Program-made: the position numbers and the translations under genes
The notes under the pieces: model-generated
Database searches by the model: none
What the model was told of the DNA's origin: nothing
The model's input: the letters and a program-made list of their open reading frames with translations, nothing else
In this document: piece by piece, positions 53,853 to 64,000 of the stretch
Layout of the letters: each line of letters opens with the position of its first letter
Position numbering within the stretch: the stretch's first letter is position 1
NCBI GenBank assembly: GCA_964016885.1
Contig: OZ024741.1
Location: 103,912,001 to 103,976,000, forward strand
Length of the DNA stretch: 64,000 bases
Reading direction: 5' to 3'
DNA from: Eledone cirrhosa
Lineage: Eukaryota

Positions 53853-54164
53853 GGTGTTTCGCCTAATGCGGTCGCTGGGGCAAAAAATAAGAAAATCTTT
53901 TTTGCTCAAAATACTTTAAACGACATAAGTAATGCAAATTTTGAAGAAATCGGCTGGATTATTGTTCCGTTATGCCTCAAAAAAGCCTTTAAAGCCTAAA
54001 ATATGCGTTTTTTCGCCTAATGCGGTCTCTAGAGCATTGAAAATTGGAAATATTTTTTGCTCAAAACACACATGACCACAAGTATTACATCTGTAAAGTT
54101 TGAAAAAAATCGGTTGGGTGGTTCTCGAATTTTAGGGAGTCAGACAGACATTCTCTGTTTTAGA
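53383..54164 (-). mobile_element. Non-autonomous Helitron
   Basis: Minus strand A|TCTAAAACAGAG...CCCGAGCAACGCCGGG hairpin...CTAG|T; a 5' fragment of the same family lies at about 56646-56798 (+). Confidence 0.8.
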
Positions 54165-56199
54165 TAATCATTACCATTTTTCATCTTTGCATGCAGGCAA
54201 AAGTTGAACAGTGTTACGGTCTGAAAATTGACTGATCAGAGAACCCTGTCTTGCTGGTATGTTCCATATTTTAGTTTTTATGGCTGGACACTCACTTTAT
54301 AGAGTCAACCACATGCTTTTAGCATAGCAATAGCACTACTATTTTACACAGTATACTGGTTGCAGCACTAGAGAGGTTGTCATATCTTAGACTAAACTGA
54401 AGTTCTCTCTACCTTAAATTGTCTCCATTCAATACACACACAACATACAAGGTGGACCATGATTAGCTTACTGATTACAAATAAACAATAATTTACTTGC
54501 AAACAGGCAACGGTTATCATTTAACTGTATAAACTTACATGAATTCACTATGTATTAGTTTTGAACTTTGAATTTAGTATCACTAAGATGTCTGTTTTTA
54601 TTCATATTTAACAGTAAACTGCACACATAGGTGCACAAATGACTATATTTAAGAAACTTGTTTGTTAACCAGATGGTTCAAAGTTAGATTGTTTTTTAGC
54701 ACATTGAATAGGTGTTGTCTACTTTTATCTTGGGTTGAATAATATCTTATGAATAGAATTTGGTTGGAAAAACTGCCTAAACCATTGCTTGTACATGTGC
54801 GAGTGTGAGCATGTGTCAATGTGTACATGCATGAGTATGAGCATGCATGCATTTATTGGCATGTTCAAATACGGGGAATACTTTATTCTTAATGTTTTGG
54901 TAAATGAGAGGCATAGTATAGAAAGAATGGGAGAGGGATCACACACACACACACACACACAAAAACAAAACAAGTATGGATTGATTTAATTTCGGTATTT
55001 CCAGATGAAACAAACCAGAAAAAACGTTTTAATGTCATCAATAATAAATATACAATCTTTGAATATTAATAATTATAACATTTTGTATATAATATCACCA
55101 TCATCAATTTATATATATCACCATCAACAACAACACAATAATTGTCATAGAGCAAGAGAGTAGCTCCCAAAACAGTGCTGATGTTGCTGCAGCATACATC
55201 TTAGAACATATCCCACTGATTGTCAAAGATCCACCGATTGATCAACCAACCCAAACTCTCTCTCACACAAACTCCAAAATCGACACTAACCACACTACTC
55301 AACTATTTCTTCCTAGAACTTCAACTTAAAGATTAAGGGCCACATTTGAGAATACCACAGGCACTATCCCTCATTTTATGTGAAATGAAAGTGATAGAAA
55401 TGAATGTGGAAGGAAATAAAGGAAGACCAAGAAAGATATAATTTAAGAGGATGGAGAAGGATATGAAAGCCAGAGGATTAAAGGGAATGAAGATGATAGG
55501 ACAAAAATGGAGAAGCTTGTCATGAGGCCTGCAAGAACTACACCTGCTTTATCAAGGAAAATGGCCTGAAAATGCTTCTTGTGTTTGGAAACTAGTATTG
55601 CTGTATTACCATTTGACTACAGTAGTTAATGGCCATTATTCTCCTCCAACCATTACAGCTTCCATAAACAGTTGGGGTACCATGATCAGGTGATTAACCA
55701 TGGCCATCGAAGGGATTTGAATTTATAGTTGGAATTTGAACTCAGAATGCAAAGTACCAGAACAGATAACACAAGCATCTCATCCCAGCCTTGAAAGGAT
55801 GCAAGGCAAAGTTAACCTTTGTGAGATTTGAACACAGAGTTCAGAGAGCCGGAACAAATACTACAAAGCATTTAAACCGACACCCAACAACTCTACCAAT
55901 TCGCTGCCATAATACATTTATAGATAAATAACAAATAAATAGATAGATAGAAAAATATAAACAGAACAAATATCTTTCTTTTGCTTAAGCAAATCAGTTA
56001 TACACTAAATAAATATTACCCAGCCATAACAGTCTAACAAACAATATAATGCATTATAAATAATGCACTACATTATAAATAATGTAAAACATTATAACAG
56101 CATTATAAACATTATACTGCATTGTAAACACACTGTGAATGTCTTCTCAAAAGGTACAGACTTCAATATTTGACAAACTGATAAAAAAACCAGCACAAA

Positions 56200-56323
56200 T
56201 CAGCAACAACGCCGAGATGTTTTTCTTTCATTCAAATTGATGTTTGACCTTTCATCACTTTTACATGTATTTTCCTCTTGGTTCAGCTGTTTATATCTGA
56301 TCATCATTTCATCTAGAAGATAT
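56200..56323 (-). CDS. RAB29: RAB29/RAB7L1-like GTPase, last exon
   Basis: TTCTTCAG acceptor; YLLDEMM...NLNERKTSRRCC-stop, with a CC prenylation motif. Confidence 0.85.
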
Positions 56324-57065
56324 CTGAAGAATAGAGAAAGAAGTTGTGTTGAGAATAAGAAAAAATATTTGTACTAAATGCCAGTGTATTCAGCACCTTA
56401 AACTGGCCATACAGTGAATTCAAGAAACAACATTAATCATTCCAAAACATTGGAATAACCAATATTGAAGAATTACAATTCTGTCATCAGGAGGAAAATT
56501 CTTTGGCGTATGGGATTTTAGCTTAAACTTAATACGTTTAATTACAACTCTGAGTCAATAATTTATTAATATATCTTATCCTTTCATTGAGATGTCTAAG
56601 TATTAAAGACATAACTTTATAAATTGATTATATATACCTATATAGCTAAAACAGAGAATGTCTGTCTGACTCCCTAAAACTCAAGAACCACCCAACCGAT
56701 TGTTTTCAAACTTTACACATGTAATACTTATGGTCCTGTGAGTGTTTTGAGCAAAAGATATTTCAAATTTTCAATGCCTTAGGGACTGCATTAGGCGATC
56801 TCTCTCTTTAATTCTTAGTCTTTCTTTTTAGATAGATACATAGATATAACGTTGTGCCCTTATAATATCTGTCTATGTCTGCATTACAACATTATGACGC
56901 TATATGTGTGTGTGTACATATATATATAGTGTAACGTTTTTCGAAATATTTACTTCTGCATTCACAGATTGATTTTTTTTAGTTTCAGAAGATCCCGTTA
57001 AGGGTGAAAGCAGCGATTCTTTGCTTAAACTTTAATCTGTTATTTTAATAAATATATATATATAT

Positions 57066-58148
57066 ATGTAGTGGGATCACAGGTAAGCTAACTAAGAACA
57101 TAGATTTTACATGTGGCCGGTGTTCTGGTGCAATAAGTAGCAGCAAGTGCCCACAAAATACTAGCTCTTTCAATTGCGCAGAGGGTTCTATAGAAATAGT
57201 GGACAGCTTCCGTTACCTGGGCGATAAAATTAGCAGTGGGGGAGGGTGCTCTGAAAGTACTGTAGCTAGAGTCAGAACTGGTTGGAAAAAGTTCAGAGAG
57301 CTTATACCACTATTAGCTGCTAAAGGGTTCTCCCTAAAAATGAAAGGCAGGTTGTACGATGCCTGCATACGAACAGCAATGTTGCATGGCAGTGAGACCT
57401 GGGCATTGTGTGCAGAGGATATACGCAGACTAGAGAGGAACGAAGCTTGCATGCTCCGCTGGATGTGTAACAGTAATATACGTGAACGGCAAAGCATAAA
57501 CGAACTAAGGAAAAAATTAGAGATAAGAGGGATCAGATGTTGTTTACTCGAGAGAAGGCTACGTTGGTATGGACACGTGATGCGCACGAAAGTCGATAGC
57601 TGTATAACAAAGTGCAGGGCAATAAAGATAGACGGTAGCCACGGAATAGGCAGACCTAGAAAAACCTGGGACGAGCTGATAAACTCCGACCTCACACACT
57701 TACACCTCTCCAAGACAATGTCACTGGACCGAGACCTTTGGCGGTACTCAGTAACAGAGAAGACCCGCCTTGCCAGTAGGCATCTCTAACAAAATACACC
57801 CCGTCCCACCACCACCACCCCCACCCGATCCACACCACCCCGTCCTATGTAAAGTTATGTTGGTGCCGCGCCATCCGGGCCGAAACAAATGAGATCGTGT
57901 AGGTGTCACGACAAAAAAACACACAGTCCACGCTGTAATGTGGCCGTGTAGGCAACACGGTAAAAACCTCCCAGACCCACACTGTAAATGTGGTTGGTGT
58001 TAGGAAGGGCATCCAACTGTAGAAAACCTGCCAGACAGTCCTATGCGAGCAAGACAATCATTCTTGCCTCAAGTGGGACTACCCCCGTCCAAACCCATGC
58101 AAGCGTGGAACACGGACGTTAAACGTTGATGATGATGATGATGATGAT
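57066..58148 (+). mobile_element. RTE LINE family B, 5'-truncated, antisense in a RAB29 intron
   Basis: ORF 57199-57789; near-identical to 35897-37003. Confidence 0.94.
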
Positions 58149-58184
58149 ATATATATATATATATAAAGAAACATATATACTAAC

Positions 58185-58306
58185 TTCATTGATTCTTTAA
58201 TCATACGATTCTCCTTCACTGATACATTGGCCCATGCCAAGAAATTGTGCTCCTTACAAAAGGCATCCAAATCTTTTTCAGTTACACTTCGAATGGGAAG
58301 GTCATC
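58185..58306 (-). CDS. RAB29: RAB29-like internal exon
   Basis: CTAG acceptor and GTTAGT donor; DDLPIRSV...FCKEHNFLAWANVSVKEN (G5 SVK). Confidence 0.88.
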
Positions 58307-59025
58307 CTAGTCACAAGACAAGAGAAATGAAGAACAGGCTCCTTTTAAGTAAAGTCTTGGAATGACAACAAAATTACAAAGAAATGTTTAATGAGTACTT
58401 AAATATTTACAGTTAAAACAATGGCTGGAAAATTTATACAAGCACAAAGTCACACACGCACACACATGCAGTCATAGGCACACATGTGATGATTTTGGAG
58501 ATCATAGAGCAACAATGGACTATAGAATTTCAGAACACCCAGGCAAGATACATACAAGATACACCTACATCCAAACAAACAGCAATACTGACCCACTCAT
58601 ACAAAGTACACCCACCAACATATAAACAGTAACACATAAGCAATAAAGTACACATGAATCACATGAATCTATCTATCTAAGACATGTATAGTGTAGTTTT
58701 GAGATAAAACAGAGACATACAACAATGAAATAGTTGATCTATCTATTAAAGCTGTTCTTTATTTTGTATAAAATGTCAGTAACACTGAAAAGATGGTAGG
58801 AGTGTTTGTGCGTGAAAGAAAGAGCTAGAAACTGTATGGTAAGAGTGTGTATGAAAAATTACTTTTACAAAAAAATATTGTTTATCCTCAAGTTACATTT
58901 TGGTAGTTTCAGTCATTTGTTAAATATATTTAATTTATTTTTTGCTCTCTCTCTCTCTACAATCATCATCATCATCATCATCACAATATATTAATAAATG
59001 GAAACTATATTTATAAAACCATATT

Positions 59026-59091
59026 TATTTTATTATACATATTTCAAGGGCCACCAAGGCAAATTATGGTGCGCTTTCATCAGATAAAATA
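59026..59091 (-). ncRNA. Type I hammerhead ribozyme related to 31036-31102
   Basis: TATTTTAT-CTGATGA-AAGCGCACCA..TGGTGGCCCTT-GAAA-TATGTA-TA-ATAAAATA; 8-bp stem I. Confidence 0.72.
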
Positions 59092-59228
59092 CAATACAGA
59101 TTAGTTTTATAAATAAATATTGACATACCCTGAAAAAAGACAACCTTAGCGGTTGGAGCTTCCTGGATAGTTTGTATATTTACTCAACTAAACTGTTGAG
59201 TGCTTTATATCAGTTATAAAAAATTTTT

Positions 59229-59299
59229 AATCGCTGCTTTCACCCTTAATGGGATCTTCTGAAACTCAGAAGATCCTGTTAAGGGTGAAAGCAGCGATT
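59229..59299. repeat. Short fold-back with ~34-bp arms
   Basis: AATCGCTGCTTTCACCCTTAATGGGATCTTCTGA-AAC-TCAGAAGATCCTGTTAAGGGTGAAAGCAGCGATT; a single arm also occurs at about 56985-57050. Confidence 0.8.
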
Positions 59300-60330
59300 C
59301 TTTGCTTAAAATTTAATCTGTTATTTTGATAAATATATATATGTCATGCTAATGTGGAAAATGGACATTAAACGATGATGATATATATAACTTATAAATA
59401 AAACATTTAAAATGTCATATAGATCCTTAATGCTTGGCAGCTGTTTAAATCACTTCTGAATGAGCAAGACATGGTCACCTGACCTGGCATTGCCCACAAC
59501 AGGACAACTCATCTAACCCATGCTAGCATGGAAAATGGACGCAAAACGGTGACAATGATGATTATATATAAGACAAATGATATGTTTTTTTTTGTGTTTT
59601 TCAACATTGCCACTATTACCATCTCTCTTGCACACACCATCCCTTTTCCACAAAAACTTGTTATAGAATAGGAGTTTAAAAAAAAAAAAAAAAAAATTGC
59701 CATTGCTGCTGCTACTCCCACCTCCACATTCTTTTCATACCATTTCTTTAAAAAAAAATTTTGAAAATCCTGCCAAATCAATGGGTGGCAGTAGTTTCAG
59801 CTGCACACATCAAAAGACTGGTATAGTGGTTCTGAGAACAATGCGGCTTTGCAGATGATCAATGCAAATTGACAATGGAAAGGCCTTCCCGCTCGAGTTG
59901 GAAGAGAACTATTGACCTTCAGGAGAAGCAGCAACCCTGATTGTATTCAGCAACCGAAACAAATATGAAGTATACCAAATCCAATGCTCCTAGGGGTGGC
60001 CCTGGTTCTTATTTGCTAGTGTAAACTCGGCCAGATTAGATTAGATTAGATTAAATACTTCAATCTAACAAATATGCAGAATATTTTTTAACCTGAATTA
60101 AATACATTAAATGTATTTAAGTCTCAATTATATACAGGTTCGTGCATACTTTTTAACAAAAAGTAATACTATAAAAATGAAGTTATTTAAGTTAGTACAT
60201 TTTTGTGAATGAAAAATTCCAATGTTTTGGACACAAGTCCTTCATCGGCAAGAGTCAAAAGAAAAAGACAGGTAAAGGCAGAATAGCAGACCATGTGTGG
60301 GTGGAAGGGAGAGAAAAAAAGAATAGTTAC

Positions 60331-60512
60331 TTTGTTTGCTAATAAAATACATGGTACTGGGGAACTGTCAGATAAGGTACATTTTGAGTCAAGATCTTTC
60401 TTCCACAGCGCTGCACTTTTGAATGTATGTGACTGTGTTATGTCACACATTACAACACAACCAAAAGCATCTTTGTAGTATACACGTGTCATTGATGTGT
60501 AGCGTTCTTGAC
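60331..60512 (-). CDS. RAB29: RAB29-like internal exon
   Basis: GQERYTSMTRVYYKDA...WKKDLDSK..PVPCILLANK; canonical AG/GT boundaries. Confidence 0.92.
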
Positions 60513-61173
60513 CTGAATATAGAAAATTATGTATTAGATATTATATACATGTAAAACAGGCATTTTAGGGACATTTTCCCTGCTAAAGTAAGAGTTAGCC
60601 TTATGAACCCCATGACAAGCTTTTCCATTTTCCTATTATTTGTATCCCTTCTCACCAAAGCCCTGACTTTCATTTCCTCTTCCTTCTCATTTAGCCATGA
60701 CTTTCTTGATCTTCCATGTTCATTTCTCTTCTCATCCAGTTACTGTCCTTTCTTTAGAACAGATACACCATATCTGTGTCAAAGAAGTAACTGAAAAAGT
60801 TGGCATCAGAAAACGCACCTGGCCATAAAACATTGCCTCAAAAAGGACCTTGTGAATAGTATAACAGTATATGCATGTACATTGCCAAATGTATTCATAC
60901 ATGAACATGTGCATACATGTATGGATATGTGCTTGTATATGTTTATGCATACATTTGTATGAGCAGGCGCACATGTTTGTGACTATCGGTAGAATAAATG
61001 TCCATGACGAGTTTGCATCTAATATGTTGAAACAAGGAAATTATATGTCTAATTCTCTTAAGAGGAGTTATTTCTAGGTATAGTTGTATCTGGTGCACAG
61101 GCAATCATAGTTAGATCTTGCACACTGGAAGTTGTCGTTGCATCCGATGCACACAGACATTAAGTAAATTTAA

Positions 61174-61411
61174 CCCTTTTGATACCAATCTACCTGTAAT
61201 TGCCTCTGGTTTTATGATACAAAACTACTCATTTTAAAGTGTCATTTGAATTAAAACCTATCATAATTTTATGTACAAAATATTTTGTAAATATTGCAAA
61301 TACCAGATTGTTAATGGAGAAGTTAGTAATTTTACTAAATTCTTCCATATTTTCAAAATTAATTGAAATGTGATGGCAGTGTATTTCAATAGAAATATGG
61401 TAATGAAAGGG
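61174..61411. mobile_element. piggyBac-like MITE
   Basis: TTAA-CCCTTT...AAAGGG-TTAA; inverse of the family at 43296-43726. Confidence 0.72.
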
Positions 61412-62027
61412 TTAAGTATGCGTAACACAGATTTCCTTGTAGTCAGTAAGGCTCCCTGATACAAATTTACAAGATATAAGTTATATCAAATCAGAAAAAA
61501 AAAAGTTTAATCAAACTTTCCTTACACCATATCCCTTGCAAGAACTTTAGAATTGGAAACAAAAGATTAACTGTTTTTCTATCATTGAGACTCTTAAGTG
61601 CTCGAAAAAAAATTGTTGGTCTTCATAGGTTCCAATGATGAGTGTTCAAGTTGTTTGAACAACAGAACAGCCTACTCATAAAATAAACATTCAAATGGAT
61701 TTGCATTCCATTGCAACATATCCTTACAGTTCTCGGAGATTCAGTATGACACGTGGCATGACAAGGCTGGCCCTTTCAAATACAAGTACAACACATTTTC
61801 CAGGTGGGTGGACAGGAACAATGTGAAATAAAATGTCTTTTTCTAGGATACAACACACCTCCAATAATCAAACTCATGACCTTATGTTTGACTCACAAAC
61901 ACCTTAACCACTAACCCACGTACCTTCATAGGAAAGAAAGAAACCTATATAATATCTACACTAATGTTCACAAATCTATTAGCCATTCAATAAAAAAAAA
62001 AAAAAAAAACTTTTAAAGGCTTCTTAC

Positions 62028-62099
62028 CTGCAATATCCCAGAGTTGTAACTTGATTGATTCAGTCGGGCTCCATTGTATCAATTTCAGGCCAAAATCAA
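62028..62099 (-). CDS. RAB29: RAB29-like internal exon (the P-loop exon was not found in the window)
   Basis: VDFGLKLIQWSPTESIKLQLWDIAG. WDIAGQE marks the Rab32/38/29 group; TSMTR and SVKEN favour RAB29. Confidence 0.9.
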
Positions 62100-64000
62100 C
62101 TGAATTGGGGGGGAAAAAAATGGAAGGGTTAACCCTTAACATCCTGAACCATATGAAACCACATGAACATGACATTCTTGAAAAATACAAAACAACACTG
62201 ACTGCATCACAGTAAAAATTAGTATTTAGTTTACTGCAAATGTTCACAATGTATCCACTAGTAAAGACACTATAAACTTTTGAATTAACAAACCTGTTTT
62301 TAGATACTTTCTATTAAATCATTGTAGGGTTTACACTGAAATGGTTGGGAATTTTTTTTTTTTTTTAAATCTAACATGATATTATCCATGCCTGCATGTG
62401 ATATCCATACCAGTACAGCCACTTTTTCAGCTCACTTGTTGCATGGAAAATAGGTCTTGCACACAGACAGCGCAACCCTGGCAGTGCAACACAGACCATG
62501 TAAATCTTACTTAACCTTTTTTTTTTCCAGTCAGCCAAGTGGTAGGTGACAATATACCCACTAAATTAAACACAGTCATTTTATTGTACTTTAAAACAAA
62601 AAATAATAACTTTGCAAAAGAAGATTAAATAAGGCACATTGCTATTTTGCTTTTCAAAGCCAAATGTTACTTACATTACCTTAAAACACTAGATTACCTT
62701 AAATGTTTAATCTCTTTTGTTCCTTTTTCTGCTTTTTACAAAAGTGACTGTTCTACATTTTATATTGTTTTATCCCCTCTAATCCTACTCCCATTCATCA
62801 CTATACAACTGATCCAACATAAAAATAATAAATAAAACTATATATTGCCCTTGGGGAGTATAAGGTTATATCTAAATACACATCTCAGCATTACTTTAAT
62901 TTTACAGAGGAAAATACTGACATTTGAAATGAGATGTTACAGAAAAATTATGGGCATCTTCCTGGAACATATGGTCAATTTTTGATAAAACACCCATTTC
63001 CAGTTCTATTAGATATTTTTCTGCATGCATGCATGTGTGTGTGCTTACAATTAATCTGACCGCCAAAGGCATTGCAAATGACTTTTTTTTTGCAGGGGGG
63101 GGGGGGGGGGGGGGGTCTTCATCCAGGTTTTCCATGTGTTCTCAATTAATCTGACCTCCAAAAGCGTTGCAAACAATTTTTTTTTTTTTTAACAGAAAAA
63201 TAGAGATAACCCTACAAAATAACCTGGAAAAGATAAAAAAATTCTCCCCAAAAGAAAACTATTTGGCATGGTTTCTATGACTGAATGCTCTTCTTAATGC
63301 CAACCATTTTACTGAGTGTATTTTATCATGTTGCAAGCATTTAGACCATATTTCTTATTTGAGGATACCCTCCTCCTATCAGTCTCAGAGCCTTGAAAAC
63401 AGTCCTCCCTGACTAAACAAAAAAAAAAAATATGAACCATCCAGTTTTATATCTATGATATGACTTAGTCATCAGAAACTATATCATAAATGTCATCATT
63501 TAACATCCATTTTTTTCCATGTTAGTATGGATTGGATGGGTTGTTACAGACCAAGTCAGTAGTTATCCAGAGTTACTCTCCTTCCAAATGAGCAGAGGAG
63601 GGACCACATCTCATGTCCTGTTTTTTTTTTTACTGGATGGATGCTTTTCCTATCACTAACCACTTCACAAAATGTACAAGATGCATTCTAATGTGTACCT
63701 GTGCTATGGAGGTTGTTATGTCCTTGAGACAACTGTCCTCTCAACCCTTTGTTTGGTATAGTTTCTATACCTGAATACCATTCCAATCACATTACAGAAT
63801 GTACTGGGTGTATTTTATTGTAGCTTCAGCACTAAGGAAGTCACCATGCCCTTAATACAACTGAAGAGTCTTCAACCATTTGTTTGGCAAGTTTTCTACA
63901 GCTGGATGCCCTTTGATAATAAAAAGACACGAAAAAAAAAAAAAACATTTCTGAGCAAATCTGATAAAATCTTAGAATTTTTGCAGGTTTTATGCTACAT

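Noticed and set aside
56984-57020. CAGAAGA-TCCC GTTAA GGGT-GAAA hammerhead-like motif (also at 59263)
   Set aside because: The core has A in place of U4 in both copies and there is no NUH site or stem I; at best a non-canonical relic.
60221-60250. Degenerate hammerhead on the minus strand (CCGATGAAGGAC TTGT GTCC AAAAC)
   Set aside because: Two core positions are mutated; probably a dead Penelope-type relic, so it was not counted.
60187-60330. C-terminal extension of the Rab ORF (VTILFF...)
   Set aside because: Intron read-through past the GT donor at 60330.

Overview
AT-rich, microsatellite-dense eukaryotic (metazoan) genomic DNA. The repeat repertoire (RTE LINEs with (GAT)n tails inserted in (TA)n, tRNA-derived SINEs, Penelope pLTRs) resembles cephalopod/Octopus DNA; that assignment is an inference. 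Three spliced host genes are readable: the 3' exons of a BBOF1/CCDC176-like gene (+, 20560-34615), a complete MRPS33 CDS (-, 41452-43093, 104 aa) and the last four coding exons of a RAB29/RAB7L1-like GTPase (-, 56200-62099, ending in CC). The rest is mostly transposon material: at least four RTE LINE families, a CR1/L2-like LINE, two CRE-like and one R4/Dong-like RLE elements, a near full-length Tx1/L1-clade element, Penelope-like remnants, Helitrons, piggyBac-like MITEs, a hAT remnant and SINEs. Most short ORFs in the track are microsatellite or antisense artefacts. The most notable signals not shown by the ORF track are: eight type I hammerhead-ribozyme motifs from three sequence families, some in fold-back pairs; PHD fingers in two unrelated retrotransposon clades; a repeated inverted duplication of flanking DNA across (TA)n tracts; a SINE with a tail built from two LINE families; and an unexplained two-copy structured element near the MRPS33 5' region. 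I cannot claim a new biological system from sequence alone.
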